Of a stretch of DNA of 64,000 nucleotides, positions 1 to 17,430 are shown in pieces. A program made the position numbers and the translations under genes. The notes below the pieces were generated by a model. The model searched no databases. It was not told the DNA's origin and saw only the letters and a program-made list of their open reading frames with translations. This DNA comes from the human T2T-CHM13v2.0 reference genome, Homo sapiens. The DNA is taken from the NCBI RefSeq assembly GCF_009914755.1, contig NC_060947.1. One strand, 5' to 3'. The first letter of the stretch is position 1. Each line of letters starts with the position of its first letter.

Positions 1-2262
<2,262 letters not shown>

Positions 2263-2925
2263 ATAGGAAAGGAAAAATTTTTTAAAAGACAATATTCCTG
2301 AAATAATCTTCTTTTTTTGTGTTTTTTTGCTGTTCCTCTTCAACAGAGCTCTAAGTTCCTTCAAGTGGGAGCAAATTTCATACTCTTCTTTTATCTTTCT
2401 CTATGTTTAGCAAAATGTACCATAGGCACTTTATCTTGCTGATTACCTTATCTATTAGAAACTATCTTTTATTCTAATGAAATGAGTCAGCATAAAGAAA
2501 TCTCTGAAATCCTGGGCCTTACACCTCGTCTCACACCTCATCTCAAATATCTTGAATTCCACATGAACAGGCAATCTGTCATTTTTCTCTGCATTTTGGA
2601 GAATGTCAAAAGAGTAATGATAGAGTTATAACCATGTTAATTTGTCATTTTAGAATTTCACAAACAATATTTCTTTTCTCAATGATGTTTTATTTACAAT
2701 GTCTCACCCATATTCTCATACATTTTAAAAGAGTTGGGGTTGAGGAAACAATCTTAAAAGTTTCTCGAGGTTCATTTGTTATTTTCTTAGTAACCAAGAT
2801 TGACCAGATGCAGGTTCCAAGTTCCTTTTGTAGCTTCATATTTCATGCCAGTTTAGAAAGAGCTCAGAAAATACCAGCTACGTTAAAAAATGCTAATCAG
2901 GTTGTAAAACTTTTTTTATTATTAG

Positions 2926-3246
<321 letters not shown>

Positions 3247-3654
3247 TAGCCTAAGCAACTTGATATTTACTGAGAAAAAAATATGTATTTTAAGAAACCG
3301 ATTTTGGAAATATACTGTGGTAACATTTTACCCAAAGAAGACAATAATTTTTTCCCCTGAAACATGTTCAATTTAATGATTTCTTGTTGCTAAAGAATGC
3401 TTCATCTTCACCTCGTAAAGAGAAGGGAAAGAAAAGAAAAATCAAGAATGCTTTATCTGAAGTTTCTAGTATGAGTCATACTATTTAAGAGTGATTACAG
3501 AAAATCAGACCATAAACAATGCAAGTGATTATTAAATTGTTGATGGTGACACAAAGCTTGAAAGTAATTATCAATAAAAATATGTATGTTTGCTTCTAAA
3601 AAAATTGAAATTTGTGTAGGCCAAAAACAGAATAGAGAGGCAAATCACAACACT

Positions 3655-3765
3655 TATCTATGTATGTTGTGTATATATGTGTGTACATATGTCACATGTA
3701 GTACATGTATAGTATGTATGTACCTGTTATGTGTATGTATGCATGTATGTATAAACACATATATG
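3655..3765. repeat. Degenerate (TATG/TG)n low-complexity microsatellite
   Basis: Runs of tgtatg/tatgtg. Confidence 0.7.
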
Positions 3766-5444
3766 GATGAATATAATGATAGAAATTTGAGTGAGATAAA
3801 TTTCAACTCTTTAATTTAGTAAAACATAGTAATATTCAATTTTAGTGAAGATTTAGTGATATAGATAATTTTATATACTACTATTACGGATAGAAAATGG
3901 TACAAACCTTCTTGAAAGTGTTTTGTACAGATGTACCGTGAAATATAATGAGATGCAATTAACAGGAAATGTATTTAAATAAATATTTTAAGAGATTAAA
4001 ATATTACACAGCACATTTAGTTTAAAAAGCAAATATTTATATGTATATATTCTTATATATCCTGCAGTTGTTTACTAATTGCTTTTTGTGCACAACAATA
4101 GTTAATATACTTAGAAAAATAATTTGAAATAACATACTTGCAAGTGTCAGTAGTGGTTATTGGACATATTGGTGATTTTTCTTCTTTGTATCTTTCTACA
4201 TTTTCAAAATGTTACCTAATCAACATCTAGTTTAGAATGAAAATATATTGATTTTTTATTTCCTCAAAAATATGATAGTAAATAGTTTTCATATTACTTA
4301 TTCTTAAATTATACACAGTCTAAGTAAACCATAGCAGGGTTTGGGACTACAAACATTTAAAATTTTATAGTAGTAAAAAGTGTTTCACACAGGATCATTC
4401 AGAAAATAAATTTTTAGAATCCCTGAAGATTCCTCAGTAGAAGTTGCTCAGAAAATAATATTTGCTTTGAATGGAGTAATACAATTACAAATTATCATAA
4501 AATTTTCTGCATACATATCAAAGCTCTATATAAACTCTATAAGAGCTTAAAGCTCTTATAGAGTAAACCTCTAAACTTCTTCAGGACTTAGTGAATCTGT
4601 TTCGCAAGGGTAAGCCACAAGGGGGCAGAAGAACAGTATGGTTTACAATATCCCATCCTAGAACATGTTATACAGTTTAATTTTACCAATAACATAATTA
4701 TTAACTATTAATACTCAAACTCTAACATCACAATGTATTCCTATGACCTTTTCAGATGGAATTAAAATGTTTTTCCTACACTATTGATACAAATGCGAAA
4801 ACAATAAATGACACAATAGTGGAGTAGACCATGTTGTATGCTTTTTCTAAGACTTTTCAGAGACACAGTTTCAATATGCCTGTATTTTTCTTGCAGTTTT
4901 GCTTTATTTTAATTATTTTTTCATTTAATAGACTTGGGGGATGGGTCCTTCACCCATGTACCTCAGATAGGTACCATGAAAGTAGATGAAATCATCTAGA
5001 ATCATAGAAGCTCAGTATGTCTGACCTATGAGGCGGCTTTAGAGATCACCTGGTCTGAATTTGTCATGTTATCTATGGAGAAACTGAGGACCTGAAAATA
5101 ACATGCACAAAAGCATATGACATATTAAGGCAGAGGCAGGAGTATAAGGCATATCTCTGGACAACTAGATCTATCAATGTAGTGATAATCAGAACATGTT
5201 CACAGTTTGAAGAATCACATAGAAGGAGTAACAATTTTGGTCTCTCTCTGGGCCAGATCTCAGAGATTCAAATTTGTGATTCCGGTACTAGTGTCATATG
5301 AGGTCTAAGATGGAGAAAGGTAACATGCCAGCTCTGACAAAAATGTTTTTTTGACGCTTCAGAATCCCAGTTTTCCAGGTGACCTACAGAAATCAATTTT
5401 GATCCTTCCGGAACCCATCTCAGAAGCAACATCTCTTTTAAGCT

Positions 5445-5986
5445 GATGTTGGGGCTTCTGCACTCTCATAATTCGGCAAGTGGGAGGGGGTGTTACAGCT
5501 TTTTTACTCCTGTGGTTTGGCAAGTTCCAAGTCCTTGTCTCATGATCAAGAGTAATGAGATACATGGACACCAGAGAGTGAGTAATGCAGAGTAGAATTT
5601 TATTGAGGGGCAGAAAGAAAGCTCTCAGAGTGAGAGGGGACCTAAAAGTGGGTTGCCAGCTGTGAGGTTGCAAGGCTGAGTCCAGGGTTTTTATGGGTTT
5701 AGAATGGGGAAATACATGCTGATTGGTTTATGGGTAGGCTTGGAAAAGGTACTATTCAGAAAGGTACGATAGTGTAAAGAACCAACCAGGGGCTGAAGTG
5801 AAGGCTTGGCCTGGGACCAGTCAGAGGCTAAGTGCACCGAACGTGAATGGAAGTTCTCACTCTGGTGCATGGGCTCTATCGAGAACTGGTAGTTTGGTGT
5901 TCAGACTGTCACTGGCTTGAAGCTTAAGTGTCACTGGGGACCCGCCCATATCTGCCTAGGAATTTGTCTGCCTCCTATCACTATCA
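5445..5986 (-). mobile_element. Solo ERV1 LTR (LTR27/LTR28/MER61-like)
   Basis: Minus strand begins tgatagtgataggaggcagacaaattcctaggcagatatgggcgggtcccc; minus-strand AATAAA near 5598; family name from memory. Confidence 0.65.
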
Positions 5987-6561
5987 CTAGGCTTGGGAAA
6001 AGAGTGACAATTTCCAATTAATTAATAACTGAGTCGTGGAGGCTCACAGTGATAAAGGACCTTAGGAATATTCTAGATCAAGATTTCATTAACCCCAGTT
6101 ATAAAAGAGTCAATAGGCTGTTAGCCAATTTGTTTTGAAAGAAGTATTGGATTTAGGGCAACAAGCTTAGCATGAATGCTAGCATTCAGTAACAATATCC
6201 ATTCTGTCAACATTCTTTCACTCCTCAACTAAAAACAATTTTTTGCTGAGAACGTTTGTTGTGGACATGTAATGTGATTTTAAAGGGGTTTTCAATCATA
6301 AAGCATTTTGAAGAAAAACACTTAGTCATTTAATACTCAACCTTTCATCTGCTGCTCCACCTTAACCTCAGTATATACTTTTCTAACTTGTAAATACAAT
6401 TCATTACTTTTGTTTGAGGCACAGCTTTCATGACAAACAAGAAAAATGAGTTCATAATTAAAATATTGTTTTCTTAAGTCTTAAAATATTCTTAGCATCA
6501 GCTTGGAATGCTTCCTCTTCCTATACTCCCCTTTCCTATGCTAATCACTTGTCCACACATC

Positions 6562-6921
6562 TACTATGGTCTGAATGTTTGTGTCCCCTCAAAATTCCTA
6601 TGTTGAAATGCTAATCACCAAGGTGATGGTATTAGGAGGTGGGGCTTTGGGAGGTCATTAGGTCATGGAGATAGAGCCAGCAATGAATGGAATTAGTGGC
6701 CTTATAAAAGGGGCCCCAGAGAGATCCCTCACCCCTTCTACCATATGGATACAGCAAGAAGATGCCATCTTTGAACCAGAAAGTAGGCCCTCACCAGACA
6801 TCAAACCTACTGGTGCCTTGATGTTGGACTTCTCAATCTTCAGAAACGTGAGAAATAAATTTCTGTTTATAAGCCACCCGTTTACTGCATTTTGCTATAG
6901 CAGCCAGAATGGACTAAGACA
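6562..6921 (+). mobile_element. MaLR solo LTR (MLT1A0-like)
   Basis: Starts ctatggtctgaatgtttgtgtcccc and ends gaatggactaagaca, typical MLT1A ends. Confidence 0.85.
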
Positions 6922-7049
6922 ACATTCAACTCCTGTTTTTTTTTTTTTTTTTAATATGCAGGCCACCAATTCTCCTTACTCTCTGAAGAGTCCAAGAATA
7001 AAATCACCCCATTTCTGTCACATCCTGATGCCTTGCTGTGGATGTTATA

Positions 7050-9200
7050 GGTTCCATTTCTGTTCTTTTAGTGGTTGCAATAAATATTTTTTCTTCCTTT
7101 TTGGTTATTTGTCCTAACTAATAAATAGGTAAAAGCTGGGCACAGTGGCTCACACCTGTAATCCCAGCACTTTGGGAGGCCCAGGCAGTGGGTCCCTTGA
7201 GCCCCAGAAGTTCGAGACCAGCCTGAGCAACATAGTGAGAGTTGTTTCCAGGTTTTGCAATTAGAAACAGTGAAACCTTGAGAATCCTTATACACATCTC
7301 CTTGTTCAAGAGATTGGGGTAATAATTAGAAAATGGCTTTGCTGGTTTGTAAGAGATAAGCAGTTTTAATTTTGGAGATAATGGCAAACTGTTTTTCAAA
7401 GTGTTTGAACAAATTTAGTGTCCTATGTGCAGTAATAATGAGTTCGGGTTGCTCCATATCCAAAAGCTTATGGGTGCATAAAATGATGTTGTGCTTTCTA
7501 TGTCTTGTTTAAGAGATAGTTTCTTACCCCAAAGACCTAATGTTATTACATTTATTCCTAACAGTTTAAAATGTTTTCAGTTCATATTTAAATATTTAAT
7601 TTACCTGAATTTGATTTTTGTTTCTGTTTTTAGGTAGATATCTAATTTCACTTATTAAATATGAATAAACATTTGTCCCATCCGTATTTATTGATGAGTC
7701 TTCCTTTCCCAGATTATTTGCATAGCCACCTCTGCCATAATTCAAGTTTCCAAATATGTGTGACTCTATCTGTCTTCTCCACAACAGTGGTCTATTTGAC
7801 TCTTTCTGTACCAATACCCTACAGTATTTTCATTGCCATAGCTTCATGTAAATTTGTAAAACCTGGTAAGGCAATCCCTTCCTATACATTAGTGTCTACT
7901 TCAGTATCATATTGGTTATTCTAGGCCTTTTGATTTTCTACATACATTTTAGATTTAGCTTCTCAAGTTCCACAACATAATGTGGGGATTTTGACTGGAA
8001 TTTCATTGTCTTTATAAATCAATTTGGGGAAGCTTTATTTCTTTATAATGCAGAGCCTTCTAATCCATGAATGTCGTATATCTCTCCAGTTCTTTAGGTT
8101 TCTCTAATATCTTTTAGTACAATTATACCATTTTCTCTTTAAAGACTCTTTTGGGGTAAGATTTATTCTTGGATAATTTATTATTGTTGATGCTTTTATA
8201 ACTGTATCATTTTTATTATATTTTCTAATTCTGCAATGTTCGTGGGTAGAAGTATATTTTTTGTGTGTTGATTATGCATCCCACCACTTTGCAAAATTAT
8301 CTTAAGCCTAGTAATTTATATGCATATATTTTGGATTTTGCACATAAGTGATCATCTTATGGGAATAATGAGAGGCATCTTTCTAATCCTTATATATTTT
8401 TATTTTGCCTTAATGCACTGACTCAGATACTAAGTACTGTGTTGAAGAGAAGTAGTGGCAGTGAGAAACCTTTTGCCATTCCAGATTTCAAATGGAATGC
8501 CTTTATTATTTCATGATTAAATATGCTACTTGCTGTGAATTTTTGTAGGTGCCAATTTTCAGGCTAGTAAAGGCACCTTCTATTTCTACTTTGCTAAAGA
8601 TGTTTTTTTCTTTTTAAATAAAGTAGATGTGGAGTTTTATCAAATTTTTTTCTGCACCTATTGATGGTTGTAATTTTTTTCAATAAGTAAACATGGTAAG
8701 CTAATTGATTTTCTTGTGTAAAACCATCTTTAACATTCCTGAGGTAAACACTACTGGATTTTTTTGCTAATATTTTGCTAATGGTCATTTCATCTATGTT
8801 CAAGAGAATGTTGTCCTATAATGTTAATTATTATACTGTCCTTGCCAACTTTTGGTTTTAAAATGTTGTTAGTTTTATTAAATGAGTTGAGGATTTTATT
8901 CTACAATGACTTAGGGGTTTGTGAGATATTCAAACTTATTCCTTGGATCTCTGGGAGAAGTATTGATAAAACCAAGGCCTCTACACATGTGCAAGAGTTT
9001 ATTTGTGATATTTGTCTAGGAAGCTTGTTGAGAATTAACTGCAATGAAAATACTTTTTATTTCTGGAAGTTCTGTTGATTTTTTTCCTATGTATGATCCA
9101 TTTTTAATAATATTTTGCTCTTTTCTTATATTTTAGATTCATATATTTATATCCTTATTTATTTTAAACATACCCATTTTGGAATTTTCATTTTATTTTC
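7050..9200 (-). mobile_element. Old, degraded L1 (L1MC/ME-type) fragments
   Basis: T-rich antisense L1 ORF2-like motifs (ORF track 8594-8803 resembles L1 RT); boundaries approximate. Confidence 0.6.
7135..7240 (+). mobile_element. Alu left monomer / FLAM
   Basis: gctgggcacagtggctcacacctgtaatcccagcactttggg...agcaacatagtgaga. Confidence 0.85.
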
Positions 9201-10231
9201 TGTTTTGGAAATATAAACCTGCTATCTCTCATGTCAGTGGACTCTCATGTTAAATTGTTTCATTGTGATTCTGGAAATTTGGATTGCGAGTTTATCCTCA
9301 GTTTTATGCTTGACAGTCTTGTAAATGTTCGAGTTGATAGAATTTACCTCCAAAGATATCTTGTATTTATTTTTGCAAATAGAAGCTGGTAATAGTTTTT
9401 ATATTACCTTCTCAGCTCAGGGTATCTATGTTTTGCATATAGTCTCAGTTTAATCTGAAAGGCACTGAGGGTAGGCTTCAGGTTACACAAAGGAAGAAAG
9501 TCTCCACTCTCCTGCAAAGCTCAGAGACCAACAAGCTTCTTTTTTCAGCTCTCCACGCCTTTGCCAGGCTCCTCTTTAGCTTCCTCTTTGTCTTTGGCCT
9601 CTAGGAGTATCCCTTACTTTTTTCTAAGGTTAACTGTAACTTTACAAATATTTTTGCTCAATTTATGTATGTTTTTAGCAGAAAGCTTATCAGGTCCCCT
9701 AATGCATATCTTTAGAAGACAGTCAGTAAGACCTTCCTCAAAGTTATTCCTCAGGATTGACAAATTTGATAAGATAAATTCATGCTATATATCAGGAAAA
9801 ACAAACGTAAAAAGAAAAAAGAACACTCCTACCTGTTATTAATTTATGCCTTCCTCCCTCAAAAAACATACAGTATCTATTATTAATGCTAAGAATTCAA
9901 GAAAACGAGTCTAAGAGATGTTCAGAATTTCCAAAAGATAATTGTTATGTATAACTGTACACATAAACACAAAGAAAGTAGGATGGTTCTACCTTCTTTT
10001 TAATCCTATTGGGACAAGCTCCTACTTCTCCAAACGTCTTCTGTTGCAATCATTTGCCTTTCATACACATCAACTTGGAGATAGTTGGGGGAATCATAAC
10101 ATGAGACAGAAAAGATAATAAGAGAAGGTAGACATGTTTCTAAAAAGAAGATTTAAAATTCTATAACAAGAAGCACAACAAATATTTCTAACACATCTTC
10201 TTTGCTGTTTCTAAAAGATCAATGCCGAGTA

Positions 10232-10714
10232 CTATTGGGTTCAGGACACACTACACTCTAAAATGTCACCTTGGCATTTGAGAAAACTGCAAAAGCAGAA
10301 AGCTCTCTGTCACCTTCTCCTCATCCTTCTCCCCTGAAGCAGGTTATAAAATGCTCATTTGAGAGGTGCTCTCCCTATAACTAGAAGAAAGGATCATCGT
10401 TATCTCTGAAGACATTGGATACAGAGACGAATCTTAAACAGCCCTTGCAAAGTTCCTCCCAGTTTATTACCTTTAGATCATACCCCGTTTACCCAATCAT
10501 ACTTCTCCACGCTGTCCACGCTTTCCTAAACCTAAGTAGAAAAATATACGGGCTCCTCTGTTTCTTTAGGTTTTCATTTCTAAAGGCTCCTCTGTCACAT
10601 AAACTTTATATTAAATAATTTTTTATGCTTTTCTTCTGTTAATCTGTCTTTTGTCATAAGATCTTCAGGCATAAACCTAGCATAGGTGAAGGAAAGATTT
10701 ATGTCCCCCCTACA
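10232..10714 (+). mobile_element. Solo ERV1 LTR (MER34-like)
   Basis: Starts gggttcaggacacactac...caccttggcat; ends ccccctaca. Confidence 0.6.
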
Positions 10715-11709
10715 ATACTTAACCATTGTCTTATAGTGTTCCTTAATTACTTCTTCTAGGTATCTACTGAATAGAGATTCACAGATTCTTTTCTTGTTCA
10801 GAAACAGTCCTTTTTTTTTTTTTTTGCCTCAAGCAATACATACTATTTTTCAGATACTTAGCAAACGTGTTAGGTAATTCAAATTAATGTTAGAATTCAT
10901 TCTGGGACAATAGTTCCTAAAATATGGTGGTTGAGGCTGGAGAGCAGTTGTATTTTATTTCCCCCTGGCATATACTTGAAATTTAAAATGACATTTTACA
11001 AACAATGACAACGTTCCCCCAGACATTGTATTTGTTTTATTGCTTTTTGGCAAAATTTAGTTTTCTGTAATTGTCACTGAGTCAATGAATACTGCACCCT
11101 CTTAAGATGATAAGTTTAGTATCTGTACTGTGAAAAACCGGGGCGTGTAAAGCAAGACGGAAGAAAAGGACATGTGAGGCATGTTGCGAATAGAACGGAA
11201 GTTGTACGACTGTGCTGCAAGGCCAGGAATTGTGCTGTGTGCTTTTTCATACGTTTTACCTGCTGATTTCCAGAGAAAATGTATGAATCAAAAATTACTC
11301 GTTTCTAGATGATAAAAACAAGGCCAAAGTAATGTAAGTGACTTACCTCTCTTCACATTTTCACAAGCAGTGTGGTTTTTTTCTGTCTCTGACTCAGAAT
11401 ACAGTTTTTTTTTTTCCTGTGACACTATAGTTATCCTCCATTCTAACCAACACAGGTCTCATAGTTATCCTCCATTCTAACAAAGACATACAGTACTTTG
11501 TACCAAATATATGAAATTCAGCAATCAGGTATAATATGTGGGAAGGGATCGCGGTGGTTGGTGATGCTTGTAGCACAAAATCCATATTTGAAGTCAGAGC
11601 CTAGTCCTGGCCCTCAGATAATTCAAGAAGATCCATTAAGGTGGGTATTCCAGGATATTTTCCATCCACTGAACAATGTATATTTACAAAAATAAGTAGA
11701 CCTCCTACA

Positions 11710-12199
11710 TGTATTAATTTCCTAAAGTTGCTATATTAAATTATCACAACTGGGCGCTTAAAACAATAGAAATGTATTATTTCAAGTCCTGTAGGCTAGA
11801 AGTCTGAAATAAAGATGTAGGCAGGGCCACATTCCCTCTGAAGGCTCTAGAAACAACTCCTTTCTTGCCTCTTCCAGCTTCTGGTGGTTTCCAGCAATTC
11901 TTGACATTCTTCGTCTTGGAGTCAAATCACTCCAATCTCTGCCTCCGTCTTTGCATGGCCTTCTTCTTTGTGTCTCTGTCAAAATTTCCGTCTCCTTTCT
12001 CTTATAAAGATGCCAGTCATTAAATGTAGGGCCCACTTTAAATCCAGGATGATTTTAACACAAGATCCTTAACTAATTAGATTTTTACCTCAAGATTCTT
12101 TATTAATTACATCTCCAAAGACCCTATTTCCAAATAGGATTAAATTCTGAGGTTCTGGGTAGTAATGAATTTTGGGTGAACACTATTTAACCCACTACA
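11710..12199 (-). mobile_element. MaLR solo LTR (MLT1C-like)
   Basis: tgtattaatttcct...ggctagaagtctgaaat...aacccactaca matches the reverse MLT1C pattern. Confidence 0.85.
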
Positions 12200-14094
12200 A
12201 TTATCAATAGAAGCATTGTAATATTATATTAACCATATAAGTTCAACAGACTGTTATTTTTTACTATTATTACTACCCCAAATATATCACCTTTATTTTG
12301 TATAGATGCATCCCTTTTTATTTTAGAGTACACACAGGAAGTCTTATGCACATTGTACTCACTGAATTTTCATAACAACTCTATAAATATACTATAAATA
12401 TACAATATATAAATATAAATATGCATAATTGTTTCACATTGTGTCGATAAAGATCCAGAAACGTAGAGAACTAAAGACTTGCTAAAATACGCATATGTGG
12501 TAAATACAAGGAAAGAGACTTTGATTCAAGCAGGACAGGAGAAAAGCAGGATTATTATGAATAGGAATGTATTGTATATGAGTGAGTTGTCTTCTCTCTT
12601 AGATTGCAAGCTGGTTGAGAGTGTGGGCATATTCTTAAAACTTTTATCTTCCACAATATTTAACCTACTTGTCATTTATTCATTAATCATATATTTATTG
12701 TTCTTGGCCATTAACAAACACTCGATTTACATGCTTGTTAATTAATTCTATATAAGCGTCTATAAACCTCAAGTGTGTACCGTATAGCACAGAGTAGAAT
12801 GTGCATTATTCAGTCATTCCATTTATATACTTATTTGTTTATTTATTTATTTTGGTGGGGTGGAATGAAATTTAATATTTTTCCTACTCTTTGCAAATTT
12901 CCTCTTCACTTGATGGTCATTAAGATGATTTCCTGTAAGAACTGCCTCTGAAAATGAAAAATGACTCTATAGTTGATGGATGGAAACCGCAATATGGAAC
13001 TAAAATGATAATACAGATATGCAAACTAAAACATTACATAGCCTGCAGCAGATTTTGACTGCTTATTTATGAAACCCTGCAAAGTGGGGTCTATAATGAA
13101 ATTGCGGCTAGACCCTTAGCTGTAACATCTATCATGGCGGGCGATGGTATACAACTAAATGAGAAGTTGTTAAGGTCAAGGTACAACCAATATGTATACA
13201 CTTGATATACAAATGTGTGACTTATGCACAGAAAAAGCAATAGATAAAAATATGATGGATTCAATCTTTTTTTTTCTCCCAATGGAGACCATCTTTAAGA
13301 TAAATGGTATGGATAACTTTATAAAAAGGTCACCCCTGATTTTATTTATTTAGCCTCAAAGGTAGCAGAAACAAATTACTTTTTTTAAAGGAAAACATCT
13401 GATTTTTTTTTGTTTCAGCCATCATACATATGTCAATTTAGCCTGTGGGGAAGTTTGATAACTCATGATTACCCACAATTACATTATAAATTATTCTTTT
13501 CACAATGTTTCTATGCATTCTTTCCCTTTTTACAGCACTTAGACCATCATCAGTTCTTTTAAGATGAGTGTTCTAAATTGTCTTCTCTATATTTAATCCC
13601 CCTTGATCCACATTGCACTCCTAAATGCAATGTGTGTATCATTGTGTGTATCATTCCTTTTTTTCCAATGTGGTAGCTTGCCTGTCTGATGGTAGAGCTT
13701 GGATAATGTGTTGTCCCAGGTAACACTCAAACATTTAAATTGAAGTGTTCTATAGATAATGCATCCTCATTTGTTTTGTAACAAGATAGACATTGTAGGA
13801 ATTTCAGAAAAGGCAGAAGAGATGCCCAGTGTTATGGGCGCTATTGAAAGGGAACTTAGGGAAAGTAAGTTTGTGTGCATGTAGACAATGGCCTACATTA
13901 CTAAATCTTTCTGTAGTCTAGAATATGTCAGCATGGTCCTTAGCCTCAGAGACATCCCATTTATATCTCAGTTCTGTCATTTATTTTCTGGGAGAATAAA
14001 CAAGTTTCTTAATCTCTCTAAGCTTCAGTTCCTTTGTATAAGATGGAGATAATAATCCCAGCCTAATGGAGTTGTCGTGTGCTTTAAATAGGTA

Positions 14095-15560
14095 ACTGAA
14101 ACAACTCAATGTCCATTGACAGATGAATGGATAAAGATAATGTGATATATATACACAATGGAATACTCTTCAGCCTAAATCCCGTCATTTGTGACAACAT
14201 GGATGAACCTGGAAGACATTATGCTAAGTGAAAAAAGCCAAGTATGGAAGGACAAATACTTTATGATTCCATTTATATGCAGTATCTATAAGAGTGAAAC
14301 TCACGGAAGCAGAGAGTATATTAGTAGTGGCCAGGGGATGTGGGGGTGGCAAATGGGGAGGGGCTGTCAAAAGAGGGAAAACTCACTGTTTTCTCCACTC
14401 ACATCACTCTTCTAAAGCCACCAATAGGGAATTTTACTGACACCAACTAATTCTTCAATTCACAGCAAACATTAACTCAGTATCCTACAATTTAACTCAA
14501 TTCTGATGCTGACTATTCAGAGTCAGTGCAAACCCCACCAGTTAAGGGCTCAGTTCCAAAAACTAACCCCATTTCAGATGCCAATGGCAAGTTAGATCGT
14601 CTCATAAATCTCACTGAACATCTATAAATCAGGTGTTCTCACTAATCTCTCCTCAGGTTCCAGAATTTGCTAGAATAGCTCACAAAACTCAGGAAAACAT
14701 TTTCTTACATTTAATGGTTTATCATAAAGCATACAACTCTGGAACAGCCTAATGGAAGAGATGAATAGGGCAAGGTAGCGGGATTGGATGTGGGAACACC
14801 GCCCTCCCATTACCTACATTCACCAACCCAGAAACTCTCCAAACCTCATATTTCAGGGATTTTTATGCAGGCTTCACAACATAGGCATAATTGATTTTTA
14901 ACTCAATCTTCTGTACTCTCCCCTCCCTGGAGGATGGGGAATGGGCTGAAAATGCCATGTTCTAATCATGCCTTGATTTACCTGGCAGACAGCCTCTATC
15001 CAGGAGGCTACCAAGGATTGTCTCAGTAGAACAAAATATGCTTCTTTCATCAGGAAATCCAACGAATTAGAAGCTCTATGTCAGGAACCAGAGTCAAAGA
15101 TCAAATATCAGAACAAAGATCCTCCTAGCACCCTTATTACTATAGACATTACATGGGTTTTAGGAGATCTTTGTCGGGAACCAAGGGCAGAGACAGAAAT
15201 ATATTTTTATTATGTCACATTGTTTCAATTCGTATACCATTTCAGTTATTTTAGATGAATAATTTCCACAGATCGGCTGTAAAACATAGTGCCTATAGTT
15301 CACAATATGGTATTGTACCCTTCACATTTTGTTGAGAGTTTAAATCTCACGTTAAGTGTTCTTACCTACCAAAAATAAAAACAAACACCAAAAGGGATAC
15401 AGGAATCTTTGGGAGGTGTTAGATACAGCTATTACCTTGATCGTGGTGGCGGTTTCATGGGTATTTGTATATGCACAAACTCATCAGTACGTATTAAATA
15501 TGTATAGCTCTTTATACATCAATTATACCTTACTAAAGCTGGTAAAAATAAAATGTAAAG
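14095..15560 (+). mobile_element. L1MB-type 3' end split by a MER21 LTR
   Basis: acatggatgaacctggaagacattatgctaagtgaaa (ORF 14191 'WMNLEDIMLSE'); the 3' UTR resumes after 15220. Confidence 0.75.
14366..15219 (-). mobile_element. MER21-type LTR
   Basis: Ends gggcagagacagaaatatatttttattatgtcaca, the reverse of the MER21 5' end. Confidence 0.75.
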
Positions 15561-17009
15561 TAAAATAGACAATCAGTTTACAAGCCACTTAAACTTGGGC
15601 ATGAAAATGTCTCTGAACATAAGTGGATTGATCTGGAAATTTCTGTTATCAATATCTACATTAATATATTATTATAAGTGATTAGATTTGTGTCCCTTCA
15701 GGTGGTAAAAATGCTTAAATATGATACTTACACAATTCAAAAAATACTTTCTGAGCACCCGCCACAGGTTCATATAAAGCATTTAACAGAGGACCTTGCC
15801 CAGGGTCAATGCTCAGGGGATGTTAGCTCTGTGACCATGATTATATTAAGGATACACGGCAGCTCTGCTTCCTTAAACACTGACATGTGGTTAAAATACC
15901 AAAGAGTCACTTTTTATTAGCAGGCCTCATGGAGCTCGCCTGTTTAACAGCTTCCTATGGGAATTAATCTGCTTCTGAGAAGTTGCTTACAAAAGAAAAG
16001 GACTTAATTTTAGAAGTTATTTTGTGGTAAGGTAGTTAATAGGACGTTGAGCGAATATTATTTTCGCTTTATGTAATCTATTATAAGTTTACACAGGTTA
16101 TTGAGTCTTCAGAAATTTTTCGTTTGCACCAAATCCATGCCAAAGAGAAGCTGTTGTTTTCTTAGTGATTTGAATGTTAATATATGACATATATCCATTA
16201 CGTATATCTCTTACTTTTCCAAGATTGGCACCTATTTTTAATAAGCCTTTAGACTAAAAGACATGCAGCTTTTAAAATGAACCTTCCCCATATGGCCATG
16301 TGTTTCTAAACTGAAATTTCGAGAGAAAGACAGATAGAATGTTCTCCTTTTTTGTTTAAAACACCAATCTTCCTAAAAAGCACTGGAGCCTTCATCAAAC
16401 CCTATCTGTCAGAATAATGCATTTATTACATGCCAGAGAAATACTTGCTTGCTGTGGGTTTGGTGTCTTAGGTGTATGGTTTTGCCATTACCACCACTTA
16501 ACAAAAGCATTTTGAAACTTTTAATTTTTTGAAATCCAGCAGTGCAATCCCCACTGCTCTTCATCTTGGTTTACAAGTACTAGCTTTCACTGTTAAAGTT
16601 CGCGGATTAGAGAATCAGCTGATTCCCTCTGCTACTGAGTGACCACCTAGGCTGCTTCTCTCTACCATCCCTGTGTGCTACACAAGACAAACACGTAAAT
16701 ATGAGCTGAAGAACAATACAATCAGAAAAGGGAAACCATTTAACCAAAAGGTATTTAACGTACTCCAAAATCATAATTAAGTAATTTCTGGATGAACTGC
16801 TCTTTAGGAATACTCATAGCAAACTTTTCAGGACAGTCTATCTGTCTGTCAATCTATATATCTATTTATTATCTATCTATTCATTTTCACTTAAATGCTC
16901 TAAAAAATAGGAACAGAGAAGAATACAAGATGTTGAAACTCAATTAAACTTAATTAGTAGGATGTCACTTTCCTTTAGCAAACTTAAGTGTTTAGATTAT
17001 TCGTTTTAA

Positions 17010-17396
17010 ATGCCGGTGGAAAATCTGGGTCTCCCATACTTATGTGGAGCTATCAATTGGGAATTCCCGTGAACTCCTCCTTGGGTTTAATAATTTCCTA
17101 GAATGACTCAAAAAACTCAAGAAAACATTTGCTTACATTTACTGATTTATTATAGAGGATGCAACTCAGGAGCAGCCTCATGGAAAACATGGACAGGGCA
17201 AGGAATGGGCACAGAGTCAGAGAGCTTCCATGCCCTCTCCAGGCACATCACCATCCAAGTACCTTCATGTGTTCACCAATCCAGAAGCTCTCCGAATCCC
17301 GTATTTTAGAGAGTTTAATGCTGCTTTCATGACGTAGGAACAATCAGTTTACATATATATGAACAATCAGTGTATATATATGTATATATATATATG

Positions 17397-17430
<34 letters not shown>

